A stretch of DNA of 64,000 nt from Mustelus asterias (taxonomy: Eukaryota), in assembly GCF_964213995.1 (NCBI RefSeq), contig NC_135803.1:30256001-30320000 (forward strand), in the 5' to 3' direction. Positions 37,501 through 49,579 of this stretch are shown here, piece by piece. The first letter of the stretch is position 1. Every line of letters starts with the position of its first letter. The notes beneath the pieces were generated by a model. It had not been told where the DNA came from, did no database searches, and saw only the letters and a list, made by a program, of their open reading frames with translations. The position numbers and the translations under genes were made by a program.

Positions 37501-38416
37501 AACTTCCATGCAAAATATGCCACAATTACTGCAAACTTGAAATAAAAAGAGAAGACTGTTTCATAGAAAAGTCAGCAGATATCTGAAATCAAATCTCTGC
37601 TCTCTATTGCTGCATTTTAATGACTCTGATCTGATCTGATGCCTGATATATTACCACCAAGTACTGGTCTAAGCACCTACTTCTCCGAGATCAGGAGAAG
37701 ACATTTGACAGGCTGCTCTGGACCTCAGAGGATGCCTGATTCAGAAACTTACCCAAGCTGGAAATAAAATCACCACATCTCTTTGGTGGATAGGATTGAC
37801 TCGAATGCTTGCATACTGGAATAGATTTTGCCATAAACCAGCTGCTGGCCGGTTTACTTTAATACTGGCTCGCTCCCCTGAATTTATTACGAGGACTCAA
37901 ACATGAAGCTCCAGCAATTTTGCAGATTCTCTGTAGTTGTGATACTTTCCTTGTAGTTGCTGCACCACCTGATTTTCTAATCCATCTTGAAGAGGGATTT
38001 ATTTTTTAACTGTCTCCGTTTTATTGGAAAATCTTGGAAATTGGATTATTCCAGGGACTCTCTCATTGAGTTGGAAACCTCCCAGTTGCCATTGTTCAGC
38101 TTTTTCAGTGCATGGCTGAAAAGGAGACAAGCCCTTACTGCCAAGGTAACCAGAGTCAAGCTGGAAGTAGAATGGATGGATCTCCTGGAGATATTAGTCA
38201 CCACGATGAACTGGTGTTATGTCCACTCTGATATCAGTGCTATCCAGGAACTGGGCTATCAATGACATCAAAGATGCGGATTAGCGTGGAGTGTTTCTGT
38301 CTAATCTCGTATTTGGATAGAGCTAGATCCTAAAATCTCTCTGTGGATCTCTGACCACCTCCTGTTATTCTGAGCCTGCCTGAAAGCCTGGGTGACTATT
38401 GGGATAAGTCCATTTC

Positions 38417-38775
38417 GGGGGAGGCCATGGCCTAGTGGTATTATTGCTAGACTATTAATCCAGAAAATCGGCTAATGTTCTGGGGACCCAGGTTTGAATC
38501 CCGCCATGGCAGATGGTGGAATTTGAATTCAATCAAAATAAATCTGGAATTTAGAATCTACTGATGACCATGAAACCATTGTCGATTGTCAGAAAAACCC
38601 ATCTGGTTCCCTAACGTCCTTTCGGGAAGGAAATCTGCCAACCTCACCTGGTCTGGCCTACTTGTGACTCCAGAGCCACAGCAATGTGGTTGACTCTTAA
38701 TTGCCCTCAGGCAACTAAGGATGGGCAATAAATGCTGGCCCAGCCAGTGAAGCCCATGTCCCAAAAATGAATAAA
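38417..38775 (+). mobile_element. Full-length SINE family 2
   Basis: TGGCCTAGTGG A box, GGTTTGAATCC B box and an L2-type tail. Confidence 0.8.
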
Positions 38776-39494
38776 GAATTCAGCATCCATCAGTTTGACT
38801 GAGGTCCTCCGCAGCAGTGAAGTGGGCATGACCTGCTTTATTGACTATAAAAATCAGACCTCATTTAACACTACACCAGCGTGTATTGTTGGTGTCAAGA
38901 ATCATATGCCATAAACAGCAAAGAAGCTGCTATTTAGAATCCACAAAAGTGATTCCTTCTCCCTAATCTCGGCCTCTCAATAAACTGTGTCCTTTTTCTC
39001 TCCTGTACTCGTTTAGTTTCCTTTTGAAAACATTGAAACTAGAAGCAGGAGTAGGCCATTCGGCCCTTCGAACCTGCTCTGCCATTCATTTTGATTGTGG
39101 CTGATCATCAAATTCAAAATCCGCCTTCGCCCATAGCCTTTGATGTCTTTAGCCCTAAGAGCTATATCTAATTTCTTCTTGGAAATCAGACAACATTTTG
39201 ACCTCAACTACTTTCTGTGGTAGTGAATTCCACACATTCACCAACCTCTGGGTGAAGAAACTTTTCCTCACCTCTAAGCTGTTTACCTCAACCAAGAGTT
39301 TCTAGGTTGCATGTGAAAAGGTGTCTTCCTCCCGGAGAGGGGTTGCAGTTGTATGAATTCTCATGGTGTTGGGTTCACAGCCAGTGTTTATAGTCTATCA
39401 CTCAGAGAGCACGTTGGTTCCCTTGTTCTGCCCACACTCGGTGTGTGTGAGAAACGTTGAGTGTCTTTCCCACTGATTGTGAAATCACAGAGTG

Positions 39495-39560
39495 GTGACA
39501 CCGCCCCTTTTGGTGTTGGAGTATCAGATTGGTCAATGCCCCGCAGATTGGCATTCGAAG
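39495..39560 (+). promoter_or_regulatory. Putative promoter of the C2orf72-like gene
   Basis: GC box CCGCCCC at ~39501 and two inverted CCAAT boxes (ATTGG at ~39528 and ~39547), 60-110 nt upstream of the ATG. Confidence 0.5.
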
Positions 39561-39611
39561 AGGCGGAGCTCCCTGAGGTTGAGTGGCTTTTGCTCAAGGG
39601 GCTGAGTGAGG

Positions 39612-40287
39612 ATGAAGGAAGAGAGGATGGAGGGAGGGAGAGCAGAGCTGGACCCAGACTGGACCGACAGGGAATTCCAACAACTGGTCAAAGCCATAGG
39701 AGGCAGAGAGAATATCTTCCTGATCGGGGAAGTGTGCGAGAGCCGGGACCTGATGTTCCAGTTTGTTAATGACTTGTTTCCATGTCCTGGGAAAGTTCAC
39801 AGTAAGCTCTCGGACACGGGCAGCGGGCAGCAAGTGATGGAGCCCCAGTGCAAGGACTCTGAGCCCCACAGCGAGCGGGAGTTTGAGAGTTTGTTGGAGC
39901 CTCCCGGCAAGGTGACCCACACGGTGAACGGCACCAAGGAGCAGAGGCGGATCAAAGCCCGGCTCATTCTCTTCCTCTTCCACCAGGATTTCATCTGTAA
40001 CAAGCAGAACGACCTCGTGATCCGGGAGCTGCTGAAGGACGTTCGGCACAGGTCCAGCTCCTGGAAGGACCTACCCGCTCTCATTGGGGTGGTCCACGCT
40101 GACACTGTCACCGGGGAGCTCGGCGTGGCTGTCCGCCTCATAGAGTATTACCTGCGGGCAGTCTTCCACCGGCACCCCGGGGAGTGCGTGCAGGCTCTCC
40201 CCTTCATAGCCAACCAGCCAGACTCTATGACACAGCTGAAAAAGACCATTTGTGTTGTCCTCCGAGCTGTTTCGAGCGTCACAACAG
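39612..40287 (+). CDS. C2orf72: C2orf72-like (DUF4630-type) protein, exon 1
   Basis: FQQLVKAIGGRENIFLIGE, LILFL, RELLKDVR, ALIGVV and LRAVF..HPGECVQA parallel human C2orf72 motifs (FQALVEAAGGRGQVLLVGE, REMLRDVR, ALVGVL, LRAVF); CAG|GTATCT donor in phase 1. Confidence 0.8.
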
Positions 40288-40687
40288 GTATCTCCCACCT
40301 AAGGAAATACATTATAGGATGCCTGCACTTTGGAAAGGAATTGTAATGTATCTTTGTTTTTGGTGCATATCCCCCCCTCAACCATTTGGTGCAGTTTATT
40401 AATTAAGTGCATTGTCTTGCTAGGGATGGCAATCTAAGCCACTTATCCACCTTTTTTATGGAATATTTAACAGATGCACACGTGTTCAATAGGAGGCAGC
40501 AGAAAAAAAACTCGTAATCCCAACCCTTTTTGTTTGACTGCCCTCTTCTGAGATTTATGGCCCTGGCACGCATGCCAGAATTTGCTCTAGGTGAATTAAT
40601 AGACAGGACTTGTCCGTAGCTAAAACAGAAAATGCTGGAAAATCTCAGCAGGTCTGACAGCATCTGTGGGGAGAGAATAGAGCCAAC

Positions 40688-42436
40688 AAAAAACAGTGCA
40701 GCACAGGAAACAGGCCCTTTGGCCCTCCAAGCCTGTGCTGCTCATTGGTCCAACTAGACCATTCATTTGTATCTCTCCATTCCCAGACTGCTCATGTGAC
40801 TATCCAGGAAAGTCTTAAACGATGCCAGCGTGTCTGCCTCCACCACCCTACTTGGCAGCGCATTCCAGGCCCTCACCACTCTGTGTAAAAAAACGGCCCT
40901 CTGATATCTGAGTTATACCTCGCCCCTCTCACCTTGAGCCCGTGACCCCTCGTGATCGTCACCTCCAACCTGGGAAAAAGCTTCCCACTGTTCACCCTAT
41001 CTCTGCCCTTCATAATTTTGTACACCTCTATTAGGTCTCACCTCATTCTCCGTCTTTCCAGGGAGAACGAGCCCAGTTTACCCAATCTCTCCTCCATAGC
41101 TAAGACCCTCCATACCAGGCAAACCTGGTAAACCTTCTCTGCACTCTCTCTAAAGCCTCCACGTCCTTCTGGTAGTGCGGCGACCAGAACTGGACGCAGC
41201 ATTCCAAATGTGGCCTAACCAGCGTTCTATACAGCTGCAACATCAGACTCCAGCTTTTATACTCTATACCTCGTCCTATAAAGGGAAGCATACCATATGC
41301 CTTCTTCACCACCTTCTTCACCTGTGCTGCCACCTTCAAGGATTTGTGGACTTGCACACCTAGGTCCCTCTGTGTTTCTATACTCTTGATGGCTCTGCCA
41401 TTTATTGTATAACTCCTCCCTACATTAGTTCTTCCAAAATGCATCACTTCGCATTTATCTGGATTAAATTCCATCTGCCATTTCTCCGCCCAATTTTCCA
41501 GCCTATCTATATCCTGCTGTATTGTCCGACAATGTTCATCGCTATCCGCAAGTCCAGCCATCTTCGTGTCATCTGCAAACTTGCTGATAACACCAGTTAC
41601 ACCTTCTTCCAAATCATTTATATATATCACAAATAGCAGAGGTCCCAGTACAGAGCCCTGCGCCCTGCGGAACACCACTGGTCACAGACCTCCAGCCGGA
41701 AAAAGACCCTTCGACTGCTACCCTCTGTCTCATGTGGCCAACACAGTAAGGGGCTTAAGGCTCCGAAATTTTGTGTGGTTTTTGCTACCAAATAAACCTG
41801 TTGGACTTTAACCTGGTGTTGTTAAACGTCTTACTGTGTTTACCCCAGTCCAACGCCAGCATCTCCACATCCTGTGGCCAAGCAGCCAGTTTTCTACCCA
41901 TCTAGCCACCTGTCCTTGTATCCCATGAGCCTTAACCTTCTTAACCAACCTGCCATGAGGGACTTTGTCAAATGCCTTACTGAAATCCATATAGACGACG
42001 TCCACGGCCCTTCCTTCATCAACCGTTTTTGTCACTTCCTCAAAAAACTCCACCAAATTTGTAAGGCACGACCTCCCTCTTACAAAACCATGCTGTCTGT
42101 CACTAAGGAGATTGTTCCGTTCTAAATGCGCATACATCCTGTCTCTAAGAATCCTCTCCAACAACTTCCCTACCACGGACGTCAAGCTCACTGGCCTATA
42201 ATTACCCGGGTTATCCCTGCTACCCTTCTTAAATAACGGTACCACATTTGCTATCCTCCAATCCTCAGGGACCTCACCTGTGTCCAATGAAGAGACAAAG
42301 ATTTCCGTCAGAGGCCCAGCAATTACATCTCTTGTCTCCCTGAGCAGTCTAGGATAGATGCCATCAGGCCCTGGGGATTTGTCAGTTTTAATGTTACCTA
42401 AAAAACCTAACATTTCCTCCCTTGTAATGGAGATTT
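40688..42436 (-). mobile_element. 5'-truncated CR1 LINE (RT region)
   Basis: ORFs 41808-42509 and 41100-41678 carry KSPGPDG, NYRPVSLTS, KAFDKVPH, FADD and RPHLE motifs; 3' UTR at ~40690-40760. Confidence 0.95.
41742..41869 (+). mobile_element. Short PLE family A insert in CR1, TSD TC(A/C)TGTGGCCAA
   Basis: Direct repeats at 41730-41741 and 41870-41881; truncated hammerhead (stem II + GAAA), pseudo-LTR and 3' tail; ~9-bp inverted piece at the 5' end. Confidence 0.9.
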
Positions 42437-42885
42437 TTGATGTTTTTGAGTCTGGATCCAGACTCAACGATCCAGATCCAACGTTTTTGAGTCTGGATCC
42501 AGACTCCATCTCTCTCCACAGATGCTGTCAGACCTGCCAAGATTTTCCAGCATTTTCTTCTCTTGTTTCAGATTCTAGCATCCACAGTATTTTGTTTTTT
42601 TCTTATGGACTTGTCCATAGATTGTCCATGGAAGTTTTACAAAGTAAGTTGCTGTCAGTGGGACATCTCGGCAGCATGACACCCTCTACATATGTGAATA
42701 GAGCAAGTGACTGTGTATCTCATTCAGATTGAGCAAACCGTAAAGAAACACAGACTTTGCACATGGGCTCCAGGATCTTATTGCAACAAAATGAGGTGTG
42801 TACTCTGACTCATTACACTGGAGCGCACACAATCATGGCCAACATACAAAATACTTCAGGTCTTCTATAATCCACAATTAGCGAT

Positions 42886-43160
42886 GGGCGGCACGGTGGC
42901 ACAGTGGTTAGCATTGCTGCCTCACAGTGCCAGAGACCCGGGTCCGATTCGGTCACTCTGTGTGGAGTTTTCACGTTCTCCCCATGTCTGCCTGGTCTCC
43001 TCTGGGTGCTCTGGTTTCCTCCCACAGTCCGAAAGACATGCTGGTTAGGTGCATTGGCCATGCCAAATTCTCTGAACAGATGGCGGAATGTGGCGATCAA
43101 GGGATTTTCACAGTGACTTCATTGCAGTGTTAATGTAAGCCTACTTTTGACAATAACAAA
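42886..43160 (+). mobile_element. V-SINE, alternative tail
   Basis: GGGCGGCACGGTGGCACAGTGGTTAGCA head; TTTTCACAGT..TGTAAGCCTACTT tail. Confidence 0.85.
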
Positions 43161-43397
43161 TGAAGTAAAGAAATAACATTGGAGTTGGGAAATGCTGATT
43201 AGAAAATTAAGTGCATGAACTAAATGTATAATCAACTGGATTATCAACCTATTTAAACCAGCCTTGACAACTAATTCTGCATAAACAATAACCCTCCACA
43301 TGAGTGTACTTCAGTACCAAGCAATGCTGCCCTGACAGACTGTAGCTGAGTGAGCTGAAGTGCAATGGATTGTCTCCTCTTCCATAAGTGTCTGTAG

Positions 43398-43687
43398 GAC
43401 AGAGGGCACAACCTCAGGCTAAAGGGATGATCCTTTAAAACAGAGATGAGGAGGAATTTCTTCAGCCAGAGAGTGGTGAATCTGTGGAACTCTTTGCCGC
43501 AGACGGCTGTGGAGGCCAGGTCATTGAGTGTCTTTAAGACAGAGTTAGATAGGTTCTTGATTAATAAGGGGATCAGGGGTTATGGGGAAAAGGCAGGAGA
43601 ATGGGGATGAGAAAAATATCAGCCATGATTGAATGGCAGAACAGATTCGATGGGCCAAGTGGCCTAATTCTGCTCCTATGTCTTATG
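43398..43687 (+). mobile_element. CR1 3' fragment
   Basis: RRNFFSQRVVNLWNSLP plus a 3' UTR ending CCTATGTCTTATG. Confidence 0.85.
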
Positions 43688-44577
43688 ATAACTCAAGCCC
43701 TCACTGTACCTCTCCTGTGCAGACAATTAGTTTGAAGACCTTGATGGTTCCATGTGGGTTTTGGTCAATCTCTGCAATGATAATACCTTTGATCGCCCTT
43801 CATGAGCCCCACCCAGGACTCATTATCATTCCTGGGGACTAAATCCTAACTCCAAATGAGTGCTGAGATCCTACTCACCTGAGGCAAATGTGAATCATTA
43901 ATTTGAAAAATATATATCTTCCAAGTTTAGTCAGTTAATTGGTTTAAATTCAACATTGGTACTGTGCTATTTATTTTGCTTTGTATCTTGAGCAATAGCC
44001 CTGTGAATAAAATCTTTGAACTCTAAAACCGCTCATCCTCTGTGCCCTTTTCTGATAACCTCATCACAGCCCCAGTTTTGAAAGCTCTGCACTAGCAGAA
44101 TGAAGGGGGCATCAAAAGATTTTTTCAGCTAACACGTTGTCAGAATACTCCCTTTACTGGCTGGCTAATTATCATTCACTCATCGTACATTCGTAACCTT
44201 TTATTTTCAGAATATCTGTTAAATCCCCCTTTGTGCAATGAAGTTTTAGGTTTAACTTTTTTAAAAACATGCCCACGTAATGCTTGAAGCAGAACGCACA
44301 GAGTTAACTCCAAAGACTATCTATAGTATTATTTTTAATCAAGGGGCATCAATCTCCCTGGGTTTGGAAGAGCAATGGCCATAAAAGTAGTGAGGAAAGC
44401 CCCATCGGGACAACTCCCCATTGTGATCCTTCCGCTGGACCGAGGATTGGCAATTACAGGCGTCAGCAGCCCATTCTTTGGACATTGAAACCGATTAAGA
44501 TCTAGATCGAGAGCAATACCCCCCCCCCCCCCCCCTCCCGCCGGCTGGGAGCCAGGCAGCCTCTTACTGGGAGGTGG

Positions 44578-44875
44578 GTCAGGGTGAGCTGTGGCTGGCG
44601 GCATCAGGGTGAGCCATGGTTGGCAGTGCTGGGATGATCACAGGTATTATCATTGCAGACATTGACCAAAACCCACATGGAACCATCAAGGTCTCCAAAC
44701 GAATTGTCTGCACAGGAGAGATACAGCAAGTGCTTTGGTCACTATAGACACTTTGTGGTTGGCGGTGCTGGGGTGAGGCGTGGCTGGTGGTGCCGGGGTG
44801 GTGTGTGGCTGGCAATGCTGGGGTGAGGTGTGGCTGGCAATGCCAGGGTGAGCCGTGGCTGGCGGTATCAGCGGG
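44578..44875. repeat. ~25-bp G-rich minisatellite (GGGTGAGCCGTGGCTGGCGGTGCC-like) interrupted by a unique ~120-bp segment
   Basis: About 2 units at 44580-44632 and about 5 units at 44755-44875. Confidence 0.75.
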
Positions 44876-45362
44876 TTGCAATGCTCAGTGTGTCCAGGAG
44901 CCAGTGTCCAGTGTGTCATGCATTCTTACGGAGGGGGTTAGCCCTCCAATGTAAATCTGCTTGCAGCAGTTTGCGATCTTTTTTAGCCACTGGAGCGGAA
45001 AGCCTTCGAGCACCTTCCATATTAAGGTACCTCCAGATCTCCTGCTTTTCTGGCAGCGCTTACCTCCCCCTATGGAGCTCCTGGCTGCTCATTTCTGCCT
45101 TTTGGACCTCCCTGATCACTGGCACTCGCACACAGTTGGGTGTGCTGTGGACATGCTCAGTCTTGGGACCCACAGATGATCCCGACATGGGGTCCCAGAT
45201 GTGTGGGAACATTCAGTCCATTGTGTAATGGAGATGGAAACAAAAACCAAAAATTGCTGGAAACATTCATTAGGTTGGGTAACACCTGTGGAGAGAACAA
45301 AAGTCAATGTTTCGGGAATGGCAATAGGAGCCATTTTACAACGTCTACGTAGGAACTAGAGA

Positions 45363-45652
45363 TCGGATTGATAATCTTCCAGGATTGACCCGGAGTCTCC
45401 AGGAATTGAAGGTCAGTTTCCAGGATTTTGTTATTTTCTTTGAACATTTTTCTTTACCGGATTTAAGAATATTGAGAATGGGAGAGAAGAAAAGGGTGTT
45501 GGCCTGAGTCCAGCATCATTCACTTTACTTTCCAATTGGCGTAGGAAGGCAGTGTGTCTGTCACAAGAATGGATGGGTTGACCAACGAATGGCCAGAGCA
45601 AGTCATGTGGTGAAGTCTCCAGGAATACATTTAATCACAATTGACAACCCTA
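45363..45652. mobile_element. hAT-like MITE
   Basis: 8-bp TSD ACTAGAGA at 45355-45362 and 45653-45660; right end TTGACAACCCTA, decayed left end TCGGATTGATAA; internal CTCCAGGA repeats. Confidence 0.7.
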
Positions 45653-46225
45653 ACTAGAGAGAATCTTATTCAAGAGGATTATGAATGCTGAGCTTTACAA
45701 GATCAATATTTTTTAAAATAATGTCCTCTTTAACTTGAAGTAACACAGAAACTTCTGTTAAAGGGTTATGGTGAATTCCTGGTAAACACCTCGGTTCTAA
45801 GAAGTGTACATATATGATCTTTGGTTGCCATGGAGAGAGAAACTCAAATTAAAATGTGGAAGGGCAGTTTCAGCAGCTCTCTCACAAGTGTACAGAACAG
45901 AGAAAAAGCTGCTGCTGAGATACAGGCAGTCAGAAACAAAAGCCACTGCCATGGAGAAGCAGGGAAAATTGCTGGAGTTAAAGACCAGTTTCTGTTCAAA
46001 CAGAATAAAGGGAACACAACAAAGGGAGCTCTTGAAGATGTGGCGAATGGGGATTTGTCATTCAATTATTTAGTTATTTGGGGAATTGATCTTTTTTTTA
46101 CAGTTGCCAGCCTGTATAGGGAATTGTCACAGAGTTATTTCTAATTTCATTCACAGTTTCCCCCCTCCCCTTGAAGGTACCTGGAAAATTCTGGGTTCCA
46201 CATCTGCATCCAAACCTCTCTCTCA

Positions 46226-46574
46226 GGGCGGCACGGTAGCACAGTGGTTAGCACTGCTGCTTCACAGCTCCAGGGACCTGGGTTCGATTCCCGGCTTGGG
46301 TCACTGTCTGTGTGGAGTTTGCACATTCTCCTTGTGTCTGCGTGGGTTTCCTCCGGGTGCTCCGGTTTCCTCCCACAGTCCAAAGATGTGCGGGTTAGGT
46401 TGATTGGCCATGCTAAAATTGTCCCTTAGTGTCCTGGGATGCGTAGATTAGAGGGATTAGCGGGTAAAATATGTAGGGATATGGGGGTAGGGGCCTGGGT
46501 GGGATTGTGGTCGGTGCAGACTCGATGGGCCGAATGGCCTCTTTCTGTACTGTAGGGTTTCTATGATTCCTATG
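46226..46574 (+). mobile_element. Full-length HE1-type V-SINE with a CR1/HER1-derived tail
   Basis: tRNA head with GGTTCGATTCC B box, V-domain, and tail GATGGGCCGAATGGCCTC...TTCTATG shared with local CR1 3' ends. Confidence 0.9.
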
Positions 46575-47124
46575 GTGTCTTACCTGATCTGATGCGTATT
46601 TTCAGCATTATATATTTTGCTGAATTCTTCATGTTTTTCGTACAGTTGGAGAGGTTCCATTGTTGTCACAGGCATACCATTGCAACATCTGGCTGTGTGA
46701 GGCATAGTTCTGGAAGTGCCCTGAATACCGGAATTATGCATTATTTTAGGTTGTAAACCCAAGGATGCTAACATTGATTGACAGCAACTTTTTAATCTCG
46801 TGGTTGGTCACAGATCTCTGATTTACAATTCCATGGGCCAGGAATTTATCTTGCAGGCTTCGGATGGTGCGTCTCTGAAAAAAGCGTGAAAGGGATATTG
46901 TGATCGATCATAGGTTTAAGACTGAGCTGCTTAAAGTTCCATAATACCCTTGGCTGGCAAAAATCTATCAGTCAAATTTAAAGTGATTATTTGAGCTATC
47001 ATCCACTGCTTTTTGCGAGGAAAGTTCCACAACTTCTTACTACCCTTTGCATGAATGTGTCCGAGCCTCTCTCCTGAATGCCCTGGCTCTGAGTTACAAC
47101 CTTTTTCCCATACAGCCTAGTTTG

Positions 47125-47525
47125 CATCTGCTGGAGTTTAGAAGAGTAAGAGGCAAGCTGATTGAAATGTGCAAGATCTTGAGCGGTTGTGACAGGATCG
47201 ATGTGGAGAAGATGTTTCCTCTTGTGGGAGAACCTAGACTAGGGGCCACTGTTTTAAAAATAAGGGGATGCCCATTTAAGACCTGGGTGAGGAGATCTTT
47301 TTCTCTCTGACAGTAGTGAGTCTTTGGATATCTCTTCCTCAAAAGGCAGTGGAAGCAAGCAGAGCTTTTGAATATTTTAAGACAGAGGTGGATAGATTCT
47401 TGATAAGCAAGGGGCTGTAAGGTTATCAGGGGTAGGTAGGAATGTGCAGTTGAGGTCACAATCAGAACAGCCATAATCTTATTGAATGGAAGAGCAGACT
47501 CGAGGGGCCGAGTAGCCTGCACCTA
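47125..47525 (+). mobile_element. CR1 3' fragment
   Basis: LEFRRVRGKLIE..KIL.G.DRIDVEKMFP motif plus 3' UTR. Confidence 0.8.
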
Positions 47526-48725
47526 ATTTGTATTTAATTAGGGATGAGCAACAAATGCTGGCCTTGCCAATGATGCCCACGCCCTATGAAATGGAAAAAA
47601 ACTAGCAAAGGCAATAACTCTTAGAAACAGATCTGTGAAAAAAAACAGCAAACAGTATTCAGTAATTGTAACCTAGGACCGTGAAGCAGGTAAATGTTTT
47701 TAATCTTTGCAACTGAAGATCCAGGGTTGCAGCATTTATATCCCTGTGCTGTTTCAGTAGGGTCTGAGCTCCTAAATATTCACTTTAAAAATGTTCTGAG
47801 CTCCTAAATATTCACTTTAAGAATGCAGACGGTAGTTGTTTTGTGAATGGGTTCATTGGTCAGTTGGTCAGTGATATTGGACTGCAATACAAATACAGAA
47901 AACGTACATCAAACAAAAATATTCAGAATAAACTGAACATGTAAACATTGGACTCCTCCAGATTTGACTTCCTTGTTTACTGACCATTAATCATTAATAT
48001 TTGGTCAATAACATGCACCTAATGGAATTGAATTAATCTGGGATTCCATTTGGATTATCAGAATTTGTGATCAGCCAGAAACTCCTCTTGTATATTTATT
48101 GCATTTGCAATCAATGATGACAAAGGTTTGACGAATTGTTGAAAATTTCCCTCTTTTCCTCCCTTTTCCCATCTCCACGTAACACCACCCACCTAATATA
48201 AAAACACAATCTGTGACTCTGTGGTAAAGGATTAGAAAAGGGCAACATTAATGTCATTGACCTTTTTTTTCAAATGGGTACCACCTCCTGAACTGTGTTC
48301 CTCATACAGTTCCAGTCTAAACTTCAGTTTATTAGTGTCACAAGTAGTTGTAATGATATGAACACCAATGAAGTTACTGTGAAAATCCCCTAGTCGCCAC
48401 ACTCCGGCGCCTGTTTGTGTTAAGGGAAAATTTAGCATGGCCAATGCACCTAACCAGCACATAATTTGGACTGTGGGAGGAAACCAGAGCACCTGAAGGA
48501 AACGCACGCAGACACGGGAGAACGTGCAAACTCCGCACAGTCACCCAAGCTGGGAATCGAACCCGGGTCCCTGGCGCTGTGAGGCAGCCATGCTAACCAC
48601 TCTGCCACCATGCCACTCCAGTCAGAAGACCACCCCAGTCAATCCCTAGTCAGAAGATTAGATTTGGAAGAGCTGGATTCTGGAAATCTGAAATAAAAGC
48701 AAAAATACTCAGAAGATCAGACACC

Positions 48726-49072
48726 TGTGACCACAAATGTGCTTGAGAGGAAGTACTCTGTGTGTCTGACCACATTTCGCCTATTGGTTTGAATGGACTG
48801 TGTACTTACTGAGAACACTGAAGTATAGATCTGTTTTGGTAACTTGGGTAATCTTGATAAGTCTGTGTACAGCTGTAATGATATAGATGGGGTGAAGGAG
48901 TAGGGTATTATAGTTAATCTTTTCATGTTTAATAAATGTTTTATTCTCTTGTTAAAAATTAATCAGTAGTCCTGTGACTCTCTTCATTCAGGTTTCTAAA
49001 AAAAGTGACAATCTATTGAGCCAGGGTTCCATTCTGGGACCTGACTGTCCAATGGTAACTGGGATCGTAACA
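48726..49072 (+). mobile_element. Possible partial or solo LTR
   Basis: TGTGAC...GTAACA ends with an internal AATAAA; no clear TSD. Confidence 0.35.
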
Positions 49073-49579
49073 AATTGAAAAAATTTGAGGCTGAAAATTT
49101 TCTAATGTAGAACAGAGTAATTGGACTACTCCCATTGTAGTGGTAGTACCAAGGTCAGATGGTATTGTACGAATATCATATATATCGAATATCTATATAA
49201 TGAATATCTATATTGATCTTTTAGAGGTCGATAAAATAATGAGGGGCATAGATCAGCTAGATAGTCAATATCTTTTCCCAAAGTCTAAAACTAGAGGGCA
49301 TAGGTTTAAGGTGAGAGGGGAGAGATACAAAAGGGTCCAGAGGGCCACTTTTTTCACACAGGGTGGTGAGTGTCTGGAATGAGCTGCCAGAAGCAGTAGT
49401 AGAGGCGGGTACAATTTTGTCTTTTAAAAAGCATTTAGACAGTTACATGGACAAGATGGGTATAGAGGGATATGGGCCAAACGCAGGCAATTGGGACTGT
49501 CTTAATGGTTTAAAAAAAGGGGCAGCATGGATAAGTTGGGCCAAAGGGCCTGTTTCCATGCTGTAAACCTCTATGACAT

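Larger units (their letters stand above)
40620..42606. mobile_element. Palindromic PLE family B element split by a CR1 insertion
   Basis: Left arm 40620-40687 and inverted right arm ~42505-42606; outer TSD GGACTTGTCC(G/A)TAG at 40606-40619 and 42607-42620. Confidence 0.75.

Noticed and set aside
47764-47820. 25-bp direct repeat CTGAGCTCCTAAATATTCACTTTAA
   Set aside because: An ordinary slippage duplication with no further structure.
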